A DNA stretch of 64,000 bases from Paramoeba atlantica (taxonomy: Eukaryota > Protista > Discosea): assembly GCA_977017575.1 (NCBI GenBank), contig CDRNVI010000009.1:124001-188000 (forward strand), in the 5' to 3' direction. Made by a program: the position numbers and the translations under genes. Below, one piece after another: positions 48,900 through 58,354 of this stretch. The first letter of the stretch is position 1; each line of letters starts with the position of its first letter. A model generated the notes under the pieces. That model ran no database searches, was not told where the DNA came from, and was given only the letters and a program-made list of their open reading frames with translations.

Positions 48900-49489
48900 G
48901 CTGTATTAATAATTTTTTTAATAATAATTATTAATAATTTTTATTAAAAGAAAGGGTCAATTATTAATAATTTTGCATTTTAGGTTTTTGGTCCGCGTTA
49001 ATACCATCGGTGAGAGCAGACAAGATCAAATAAAGTGGAAGCACGTTGCACGCACGTCATGTAAGAGACATTAAAAGATTCTGAAAGCAGTATGTAGGTC
49101 TTCATGGACATCCATGAAGTCTTCATGTATATACTGCCAAGCTTAAATGGAGTTGCACGTTGACATGATCATTCAGAGCCGCATTCTCATTTTTAAAACT
49201 AGACGTTTAATATCTATTTTTTTGGGATACATTAGCCAAAAAACATCATCATACATAGCCAAAAAACGTGATTTCTAAGATCTCTTAAGAACCAAAGTTT
49301 TCTGAGTTGATCCCCCCCAGGATTCTTCCTTGGCATGAAGCAGAATTAGAAAGAAAAATGTGAGGGAATAAAATATTCTGACGTTGGTATTTTTATGTCC
49401 TATCTGCCTACTAAGACCTTATTAATAATTATTAATAATTTTTAATAATAATTATTATTAAACGAAAAAATTATTAATAATTTTACAGC
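48900..49489. mobile_element. AT-rich MITE-like insertion, TA TSD
   Basis: TA|GCTGTATTAATAATT...AATAATTTTACAGC|TA; removal restores Merlin frame CGRLCVDET. Confidence 0.8.
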
Positions 49490-50661
49490 TATGTGTGGAC
49501 GAAACGTTCATCCAAAAAAGAAAGTACACCCATGGACAGAAGTGTGCCCCAGGCCTGGCAAATGCCATTTTTTTATCCGTTTTTTTCTCATTTTTGCAGC
49601 ATTCGAGAGATCTCTTTGCCCTAGCGAAGAGCTTTGCCCTTTTTTTCATAGGGACCCCCTGGTGCTCTGGTGGTGACCCCAAAGTAGACCAAAAACAAAA
49701 AATGGTACATTAGACATCTAGAAACAAATCACCCTTTCAATGAGAAAATGAGAAAAAAGGAAGAAGTATCAATATCCGCAATGCTCCCCATTGGTCTGAA
49801 TAACTATTTGCATACGTTTGGGAACAGATTTGATGGAATTCAACGCTTTCTGTCTATCATACCCCTGCCGGGTAAATGGGTAATTACCCACGTGGTGGTA
49901 AACGCGGGTAATTTACCCGGGTCATTGACCCATTTACCCGCTTTCACCCAGATTTACCAACCAACCATACGATCCCGTACTAGAATAAAGCTCGATGACT
50001 GTGCCAACTTTGCTGAGCAAGTTGTCGCTACAGAAACAGTATCTCAATCCATAGAAGGAAAAATCCGTCTTTCATTCGGTTTCCCCCCTTTCCTATCCCC
50101 TAAACCAAACAATTTTGTTTTTTTTTTTTTTATTTTTTTTTTTGATGACACTTGGAAAGGTGAATTTTTTTTTTTTTAAGTATGAATCGCGGCATTGCCT
50201 CTATATTTTGACCCATTAGACGAACCAAGTAGGTCCATTGGGGGGGGTATATGATTTTAAAACAAGCAATCAAATTAGCAATTTCATATTTTGGAGCCCA
50301 AAACCAGCAATTCGATCTCCCGTAAGTATAAGAACAATAAAAACAATAACAATAAAAATAAGCAATCTATGCCCAATCCATTCGCGCGTTCCGGACCGGG
50401 TCTTTCGACCTCTCCACGGCCTGACTTGTGAACCCTTCCCTTGTTATACAGGAGGGCGCAGGCGCGGGCCTGTGTCGACAGCGACACGGTCACGAAACAG
50501 GATGCTGGCCGACGGGGAGGAGATTCACTACCCGTGTACTACCTCACTTGGGGTACCTAGCCCTCGCGGGCTAGGCGTGAGTATAGACTCTGTCGACTCG
50601 GCCAGCACCCGTCCTGGATATTATGGCGTCTTCGTGCTGAAACTGGACTGTCAGTAGAGGC

Positions 50662-53600
50662 TTAAGCCTCTACCAAAGGATCCGCTGGGTCCTCTACGCG
50701 GATGCGCGAAACCATCATCCTGGCTTGAGAACGCATTAGCGTCACGTTCAGATCCGTTAGGAGATCGTTTCGCGCTTGGTCTCGTGAAAGGAGCCCTTTG
50801 GACGCATTCGCCCGTTGGGTTCCGATGTCCCGGAGTAACGCTAGCGCACTCTCGCTCCAGGAACCAAAGGATTCCACCACCATCGCTGTGAAGAGATGTC
50901 CTGCTTTTTCTGCTTCTTGTCGCTGTCGCGCCTTGGTCTCCGCGAAGTGCTCAGCAAAAGACCCCGGGGTCACCCAGCTAGCATTGTGGACTGAGTCCGA
51001 ATACTTTGTTTGCTGTGCGTGAGTGACCGCAAAATCTAGGACCATGCCTTGCGCTAAAGATCCTTTGGCGATGGAGGCCGTTGGCAGAAATACGTCCGCT
51101 GGTCTCGTGAGAGCCCCCCCAGGACCCCGATTTCCCAAACTCTTCTCTCTCTGTGGCGCCAGGAAGGCTCTGCTGCAGAACGATGTAAATTGTTGGGCCA
51201 GAGCGTTGTGCCGTGAGATGATACCATGGCCGTTCTTGCGGAGCAAAGCGTGCTCTCCATTCTTGAGCAAGGGAAGGGTGCACCCGTCAGCTGGGCAAGG
51301 CCGATCTTCGGGGAAGACGTCCATGCCTAGCCACCAGCGTGTTAGGGTACGAAACTCCGTGTGAGTGAAAGCGTAGCCTCTGGTCTTGGAGGGAGTTGCG
51401 AAAGCCCAGTTTCCGGCCCCTTTTCCGGACTGCGAGATCCATCGCGCCCGCGTTCTTGCGTCTGCCTTTGAATATGCCGTTTGAAATTCCCTATCCGAGA
51501 TAGCTTGGCTGAGATGTTTTTGCCTCGGGATGATCTTTTCCTGATCCGTCGAGACCGGGAGAAGGGAGTGATTGAGGGATAGTGCGAGTTTTCTTTTCGC
51601 TGGGCGGGAAAGGATGCTCCGATTTGCATGATATTCACCAGGCACGCTAGGTTTGGTAATGCGTCCAGTGTATGGATCAACCAGATCAGTCCCAACTTTG
51701 TCATTTATGTCATGTGCTGAGCTGGAAAATCCCTCAGCTTCTGTGGGGTCCCAGTTGTCCAAGCTAGCGGCGTGCGCGACGGAAGAAACGTAGGCTGCTG
51801 ACTGGTGGAGAATTGATGAGCGAAGTCCGAACCCGCCGTGGCGTTTTGGTCGTTGTATTTGGTCGCGAGCGGCGACGCCTAAGGGAGAAATTGCGTGCTC
51901 CACGGCCTGGACTAGATGAGAGTCAAGTTTTTGGCATAATTCTCCAAGGGCTTGGGGAGGAGTGGTGCGCAGTGCGTACACCATCTGACAAAACCCCGAA
52001 CATTGCCGTATTAGTGCGAGAGCTATTTGGGGATCTTCTAACACAGCAGTAGCTTCTAATGTTTCGCGGGCTGGTTCAATCGCGTGTGTCATGAGAAACT
52101 CCGCACAGTGTTCCGCAGAGCCTATTGGGCTTCCAAGAATGTCGAAGTTCCCGTCGTACCGTATTTTATCACTGGGGATGTCAGGAAAGAAAACGGATGT
52201 ATGAGCTGATGCTGGGGGGGTAATGATCTCGCACTTGGAGAGATTCAGGAAGAGTCCCCACTTCGGTCCTATCTCGTCGAGGACGTCTAGGGCTTTACGG
52301 ACTTCTTTGGGATCACCTACAAGCACACCGTCATCTAAATACCATAATTGTGTTCGTAGGTTAGAATTTGATGCAATTTCTTCTGTTACCTCTGCTAACA
52401 CCAAAGAGAAGAGGAGTGGGCCCAGAGGGTCTCCTTGTTGCACTCCTTCTGCCGAGGGGATAAAATCATCGCCGAATGTGAGACAGCTATGATTGGCATA
52501 ACACCATTCTACCCATGGGGATAGTTCAGGGAAATGCTTTCGTGTGAGGAAGATGAAGACGGGTCGGCTCACGTTATTAAAGGCGTTCCGAAGATCCACC
52601 TTACAGAACGTTATGTTCTCATTTTCTTCATTATTTCTCATTAGACGGCGACAAAGGTGTATCACTCTTTCCGCCCCAGCAGACGCTGCGACTCCGTATT
52701 GACGACGTCCAAAGAAGGATCCTGCTTTTTCTTTTATCGAAAGGCATACTGCCTTGCTCACCAGGCGTCTAAGGGTTTCCCCCGCAGCGATAGGCCGCAC
52801 GTCATCTTCCCCTTTTTCGAGTGCGCATAGCCGTGCCCCTGCAAAAAAAGGTTGCACTTCGTCTGGGGCTTTGCCAGCTAGAAGATGGTTTACGAAGGAA
52901 GTGAGCGTCGTAAGAGGATTCATATTCTGGTCGACGTGCTCTTGAAGCGCTGTTTGGAGGTGTTCAGGCCGGAGCCCCATAGTCCCAGCAGAGGATCCGC
53001 GACGGAAGGTATCTACTGCTTTTCTTACCTCGGATTCGTCCAGTTTTAAAGCTTCTTCTTCCAGGGGAGGTAGGGGGCACGAGATCGGATTACCATGGGG
53101 GCTGGGGTGTTTTTCCTGCAGCTTTAGCAGGGTTTCCTCGCTGTATGGTGCAAGTGGAGCTGCAGTAAGGGCAGCCATGCCTCGGGAAAATTCTCCTTGG
53201 CGAACCAGAATTTCAGCCCGTATTGCAGCCTTGTCTTCTTCACCCTCAATCTCATTATTCGGCACTTTTGAGCGCTTCCTGTCATGCTCCGAATTTGCTT
53301 GGGCCCATAGGGTGGTATATTGGCCTTGTATCCAAAGTTCCATTCGCTTTGAGATGTAGGAGGTATAGGACTTGTGAGCTTTACGGCCTCCTCGGTACGG
53401 GGCTGGTAGGACGCATTTCGGAAGCAAGGCAAGAAGGGTCCAGGCTCTCAGTGAGTTTTCGTTTACCGCGGTGGAGAGGGCTGCGGTAAAAATTCTGGTC
53501 CACAGATATCGACATCGGTGTGGGACATCCTTGCACGTGCTTATTTGGGTCGTGCAAACTTCCTCTAGGGACGGTAGACTATGCGTACCTTGCATATCGT

Positions 53601-54462
53601 ACATGGCTTCTCCGGACTCTGACAGCTGTGAATGCTGCTGTGGTTGTGAGGGCGGCTGCGAGGAGGGTGGTGTAGATTGCATTTTACAATGATTCAAATG
53701 AGAAGTTTTCTTGCTAATATCGTAATGACGACCGCATGCGTCGCAGAGAAATCGTCCTTCCTTTGTCCACCAGTCATTGGGTATGTTATTTCCGTGTCGG
53801 TAAGCAACGTGGTTGTAGTACGACTGCCATTGACCTCCATGGGCACGAGTTTTCCAAATACAGTTTTCTGCGGGGCACTCCCTTTGTGTCGGACGGTTTT
53901 GGGAAGATGGAAACGTGAGAACTGGTTCGCTCGTCGAAGGTGGGATTTCAAGGGAAGTTCCTTGTATTATTTGGCGTGGAGAGTTGTTTTCGGGGTTATG
54001 TTCCGTCGCTTCCCCTTTTCGAGGTGTAGCTGGTTCGCGCGCTTTTCGATGAGACTTTACGATTCCCCGATTCCCTTTGACGCTTGGGGGTGTGGAAGAT
54101 GGTTGGCATCGAGTAAACTTTTTAGTGATAGTGTTGCTATCAGATTGCATTTTTTGGTGTCCATGATGTAATCTGATGACTCGTGAGTGGTTTGTTTCCT
54201 CATCGCTACTATCTACCTGTCCCGTATCACGTGTCTGGTTCTCAGTTGAGATCAAGGCGGCGTTCATGTTCCATTCTTCCGGAATGTTCGCAGGAATAGG
54301 GGTCGTGTAGAGCAATTCGTTGTACGTACTCCGTTGCTTAATGAGATGTGCGTTTCCAGCAAACTGGTCCCAGGATCCTCTATTGTGTACTGCTTCCTTT
54401 TGTAAAAATGAATCGTCGTCCATCGGCGGAGGTGAGGCTTTGAGAAGATCGTCCTCAGACAT
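50662..54462 (-). CDS. 1266-aa polyprotein: LsmAD-like domain, zinc fingers, reverse transcriptase, restriction-like endonuclease
   Basis: RPIAAGE, KVDLRNAFN, GVQQGDPLGPLLFSL, WYLDDG (RT); RHNAL, RPADV, LDFAV (RLE); CPAENC..H...H and CDAC..H..C fingers; knuckle CPADGC..HALLRK has final Cys replaced by Arg (CGC). Confidence 0.93.
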   Translation of the reverse strand: MSEDDLLKASPPPMDDDSFLQKEAVHNRGSWDQFAGNAHLIKQRSTYNELLYTTPIPANIPEEWNMNAALISTENQTRDTGQVDSSDEETNHSRVIRLHHGHQKMQSDSNTITKKFTRCQPSSTPPSVKGNRGIVKSHRKAREPATPRKGEATEHNPENNSPRQIIQGTSLEIPPSTSEPVLTFPSSQNRPTQRECPAENCIWKTRAHGGQWQSYYNHVAYRHGNNIPNDWWTKEGRFLCDACGRHYDISKKTSHLNHCKMQSTPPSSQPPSQPQQHSQLSESGEAMYDMQGTHSLPSLEEVCTTQISTCKDVPHRCRYLWTRIFTAALSTAVNENSLRAWTLLALLPKCVLPAPYRGGRKAHKSYTSYISKRMELWIQGQYTTLWAQANSEHDRKRSKVPNNEIEGEEDKAAIRAEILVRQGEFSRGMAALTAAPLAPYSEETLLKLQEKHPSPHGNPISCPLPPLEEEALKLDESEVRKAVDTFRRGSSAGTMGLRPEHLQTALQEHVDQNMNPLTTLTSFVNHLLAGKAPDEVQPFFAGARLCALEKGEDDVRPIAAGETLRRLVSKAVCLSIKEKAGSFFGRRQYGVAASAGAERVIHLCRRLMRNNEENENITFCKVDLRNAFNNVSRPVFIFLTRKHFPELSPWVEWCYANHSCLTFGDDFIPSAEGVQQGDPLGPLLFSLVLAEVTEEIASNSNLRTQLWYLDDGVLVGDPKEVRKALDVLDEIGPKWGLFLNLSKCEIITPPASAHTSVFFPDIPSDKIRYDGNFDILGSPIGSAEHCAEFLMTHAIEPARETLEATAVLEDPQIALALIRQCSGFCQMVYALRTTPPQALGELCQKLDSHLVQAVEHAISPLGVAARDQIQRPKRHGGFGLRSSILHQSAAYVSSVAHAASLDNWDPTEAEGFSSSAHDINDKVGTDLVDPYTGRITKPSVPGEYHANRSILSRPAKRKLALSLNHSLLPVSTDQEKIIPRQKHLSQAISDREFQTAYSKADARTRARWISQSGKGAGNWAFATPSKTRGYAFTHTEFRTLTRWWLGMDVFPEDRPCPADGCTLPLLKNGEHALLRKNGHGIISRHNALAQQFTSFCSRAFLAPQREKSLGNRGPGGALTRPADVFLPTASIAKGSLAQGMVLDFAVTHAQQTKYSDSVHNASWVTPGSFAEHFAETKARQRQEAEKAGHLFTAMVVESFGSWSESALALLRDIGTQRANASKGLLSRDQARNDLLTDLNVTLMRSQARMMVSRIRVEDPADPLVEA

Positions 54463-54502
54463 GAGAAAGAACCGCGTACCTGGAAAAGATGAAATAAAGA
54501 AA

Positions 54503-54532
54503 CAACAAGGTACAGAAACTGTATCTTTATCG
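54503..54532 (-). other. Spliced-leader (mini-exon)-derived sequence
   Basis: CGATAAAGATACAGTTTCTGTACCTTGTTG; contains GATACAGTTTCTGTAC, the conserved kinetoplastid SL core, and ends in TTG like the 39-nt SL. Confidence 0.75.
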
Positions 54533-54668
54533 TTTTTTTATTTTTTTTTATTTTTTTCTTGACCTGGCGGGCTAATCCCCGCTTCATACAGTACTAATAC
54601 TATACTGTATAGTAGTCACTGTACTAAAATCAAATACAACTACTGCGTACAATCCACATAATGTTAAG

Positions 54669-56158
54669 TCAGTTATGTTCTGTATCTGACAATGATTCAA
54701 GCTCACTATCATTTTCCAGCGAATCAGAATCACCTTGAGTCATATATCCTAGCTTGTCGCAATTTCCTCGCACGAATATCTGGTGCGATACAACATCGGG
54801 AGTAAGGGAGGCCTGGCGTGAGCTATACATATATCCAAGCACGGAAAGCCAGGAGTCGCACTTGTTGACCAGGGGTGGCGTCCAAACGTAGTGTACGGCA
54901 GCTTCGTAAATCGCTGGGAACATTTCACACCCAGGACCACACCACCATTCGTACTCGTTGCTGAACTTAGACGGATCCCAACTGAAATCGAGGCATGCTA
55001 AGTATTTTTCCCACTCATCGGATGAAATACGAAAGATCGGCTGCTCGGCCGACGGACCGTCCGCATTTTTGTCAAAAACATTATTTGCTCGAGCTACCGA
55101 GATGGGGAGAAGACCACAAGGACGAGCGAACTGAACGATCCATCCGGGACGGAACCAGAGAACATCGTTCCAAAAGCGCATATTATGATTTTTTTTGTAG
55201 ACGAGTCTTGTGATAAAGAAGTGCTTCTCGCATTTTCATTTAAAGAAGTGCTTCTCGGGGAAATTTGGTCATATATGCGTTTGAGAGCTCCTTCGCAATT
55301 GTTACGTGCCACGTGATTCACAGAACTTCCGTCCGCGATCATGAATTTTAGCTTTAAAAGTCGGTGCTCACCAAGATTCGCCTGAAGAGTAAACACTAGT
55401 TGTTCGGCTACTGTTTTTCCATCAAAAGCACGATGACTAGGAGAATAAATGGGAGGTAAGACGTATTCTTCAGGGCCTACATATAAGACGGACAATAAAA
55501 TGTGCTCAGACTTTGCTCGGTCGATTCCTGCATCAACGGCAATTCCGTACACCATGTGTAAGTCAATGGCAGCGCAAAGCTTCTCCCAGACTTCGTGGGC
55601 TAAAATTTCACAGTGTTGATGCCACTTCTTCAAATTTGTTTCCGGAATAGCCTCTTTGATAACATTCGGTGGAAGGTCGGGGCGGAGATCCTCATACTTG
55701 CGAATCAGCCAAACGAATTTACTCGACGGAAGGTTTGTTAGGGTTTGTAGACATGGGAGCACCTTCCCAGCGAATCTTTGAACGGCCGCTCTCTGAATAA
55801 ACGAAACCTGCGCAGTCGCCAAGCGAGCTCGCTCCACGCCCTCACGACACTTGCGTACATGCTTATGATAGACGTTTTTAAATCGGCAATGAGATTGAAA
55901 CGTGCAACCCTCTGTCGTGCACACAAAGTGTACTTTTTGGTTAAGGGGGTCTGTGAGAACATCCGCGTGTTCATGCGGACAGTTTGGCGGGCAACGAGCC
56001 AAATTAAAGTGCCCAGACAAAGACTTCACCGTCATCTTGTGCCGCTCGTTTCGCTTTGATCGCTTTGGGTCCGGGGTCACTATCTCATCCTCAGAGCTTG
56101 ATTCAGATGAAACGATCGGTTCGGGCGTACTGACTGTCGATGATCTTCGTTTGGGCAT
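54669..56158 (-). pseudogene. hAT-like transposase, frameshifted and shortened
   Basis: Zn-finger-like CTTEGC..HKHVRKC, YGIAVDAG (D1), FMIADGSSVN (D2); C-terminal frame EWW...FPAIYEAA...TPPLVNKCDSWLS..R.SL..N matches the hAT dimerisation domain; frameshift near A8 run at ~55195. Confidence 0.75.
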
Positions 56159-57766
56159 GTAATAAATAGAAGATAAAAGTGCAACGCTATCAGCAAAGTA
56201 AATGATATTATGATTGAAGGAAAAAGAATCTGAGATTTTTCTGATAGATATACAAAAATAAAACATTCAAAATCATTTAAGGTACAACTTTTCAGTTCCT
56301 GTCATCGAGCGGGTAAACGTGGGTAAAGCGGGTAAATGGGTAATTTACCCGGGTAATTACCCATTTACCCGGCAGGGGTATGGTCTATGTGGGGCACGTT
56401 TTAGATCATTAAACGCCTTTTCTATGGCCTTTATCAGGGTTACAGAGTTGTGTGGCTTAAAACTACAAAGTTGTGTGGATTTATGCTGTTTGACTATCTC
56501 TGTTCGCTCCGAAATCGACAAAGCGATGTTTCGTTTATGATTAGTACGAGGCGGGGTCCTCATGAAGAAAAAACAGGGAGAAAAAAATAATATACTAGAA
56601 AAATTGACTGTGTTCCAAAAAAATGGGCAATAAAACCATGTTTTTTGGACCCAGGGGGTACCAGGGGGTCCCTATGAAGCAAAGGCGGCAAAGCTCTTCG
56701 CTAGGGCAACGAGATCTCTCGAATGCTGCAAAATTGAGAAAAAACGGATAAAAAAATTGACATTTGCCAGGCCGGGGGCACACTTCTGTCCATGGGTGTA
56801 TAATCGCGGTAAGCCTGCACGAACAGAGTCCTTCTGGGCAGTTTCTGTGACGGGTGTTGAAAGGGATGGAAAGTGCCAAGAAACAGTGTGGTTCAAAGTG
56901 AAGAATCGGAAAACTAACACTTTGTGTAATATTGTGAGGCAATGCACACTAGATTCCAAACGAACAGTTGTGTATACCGATTGTCTATCAAGTTAACGCC
57001 CATTGTCTGCTACTCGCGATCATTGAAAGGTGAACCACTGATCCAAGATATCGGTTCAAGACAAAAGAAGGTGTGCACAATAATAACGCAGAGTCGGCCC
57101 ATTCTTCTATAAAAAAGATGATAAGACGACAGGGGCGACTGCCCAAAAACGTGATAAGTGCAAGTAGAGTTCTTTCCGTGTATACTTTATGGTTTAAGAA
57201 GACAACCTGGCAAGAACGTTTACAAGCCTTACTGAAAGCGTTCAAGGTTGTACGAAATTTGCCTCAAGTAGTTGACGTTTTATTCGACTCGTTCGATTCC
57301 ACCTGCGAGGGAATAAGTGATGAAGAAGATGTTAGCGAAGTCGCATATCCCGAAGATCGGGATATGAATGAAACACCATGTGAAGCGGAGTCCGTTGAAA
57401 TTGACATAAATATGCCAACCGACTAAGACTGGGTGTTTATTGAAAGTTTGATACAGAATTGATACATCCTTCAAGGGGATTCATACATTATATTTTGCTT
57501 TCACTATATTTACTTTCAATAGAAGTTAACAACCTGCAATATAAATTAACATCCTGTTATATAAATTGACATCCTGCAATGTACAGTTAACGGCCTGCAA
57601 TATAAGTAAGTTGACATCCTGCAATGTAAGTTAACGGCCTGCAATATACAGTAGTTTGAAAGTAGTTTGAACCCCATTTTTCAACGGGACAAATACTTCG
57701 AGAAAATGCTGTGGGAATAAAGACTCACCCAGCTTTTCAAGGATCTGTGCGACACCGCTCTGAAGC

Positions 57767-58354
57767 ATGAAGAAAGTGAAGTGTCGCGCTTCAATCGTAT
57801 GGCCGTTGATAAAACTTAGGTTGAGAAACGTAAATATCATCGCGGTAAGCGTGTTCGCAAGGAAGTTCGTTACTGCGACAGAAATCCTACGTGACGGTAC
57901 ATCCGGGAGGACCGTATGGAAGCTCGTCCAGAAGCGTGACCGACCTACTTTGACTGCATTCGTCGAGAAACATACAGGGAGTAGGTTGGACTGTTGGAAG
58001 GGTTATGCCGGTCTCTCTGAAATATGTGAACAACACCATGTAAACCATCAAGTCGAATTCGTATCGGAGGAGGGGTATCACACTAACAACGGAGAAGGCA
58101 TGTACAGTATAGTGAAGGACTGGGTTAAGAAGCAGCACCGTAATTTTGGTATTAATTCTACGCATTGTCAGGAGCGCGTGGCTCTGCAATGTGTGAAACT
58201 GGGTCGAACTCACCGCCACGGTCAAGCTGCTCGAGGAATTCGATTGGCGAATATTATCGCATGTGTCGCACAGTACGGCGAAGGGGACCCCCCCAACTTT
58301 CGGAGGCTCTGGACCGCATGGGCCCCCGCGCGGACGAGTCGGTCAGTGGGGTAG
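57767..58354 (+). pseudogene. Merlin/IS1595-like transposase fragment (second lineage)
   Basis: LDCWKGYAGL...HVNHQVEFVSEEGYHTNNGEG. Confidence 0.78.

Larger units (their letters stand above)
50118..54532 (-). mobile_element. Full-length CRE/SLACS-like RLE non-LTR retrotransposon
   Basis: Single long ORF, 3' A-tracts (50118-50143, 50165-50177), A-rich tract at 5' flank (54533-54560), SL-like 5' end. Confidence 0.88.
49858..56382 (-). mobile_element. hAT-like element with CATACCCC TIRs and 6-bp TSD
   Basis: GTCTAT|CATACCCCTGCCGGGTAAATGGGTAATTACCC ... GGGTAATTACCCATTTACCCGGCAGGGGTATG|GTCTAT; subterminal GGGTAAA repeats. Confidence 0.88.
49527..56798 (-). mobile_element. Internally deleted Tc1 element (~170-bp TIRs), itself carrying the hAT-like insertion
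   Basis: TA|CACCCATGGACAGAAGTGTGCCCC...GGGGCACACTTCTGTCCATGGGTG|TA; residual ORF MRTPP...AIEKAFNDL...SVPKRMQIVIQTNGEHCGY is a Tc1 C-terminus; removal restores Merlin RKYNRG. Confidence 0.9.
48338..57650 (+). mobile_element. Merlin element disrupted by nested insertions
   Basis: Transposase pieces 48471-48899, 49490-49526, 56799-57426; inverted ~20-bp subterminal repeat arrays at 48341-48410 and 57528-57648; right end approximate. Confidence 0.85.

Noticed and set aside
50390-50673. HDV-like or hammerhead ribozyme
   Set aside because: The pseudoknot order loosely resembles HDV, but the P3/L3 region is far too long, it is in the 3' UTR, and no CUGANGA/GAAA hammerhead core is found.
50798-54171. 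Plus-strand ORFs opposite the retroelement
   Set aside because: Antisense shadows with no recognisable motifs.
56838-56850. SL-like CAGTTTCTGT
   Set aside because: Only a 10-nt match and it encodes AVSV inside the Merlin transposase frame.
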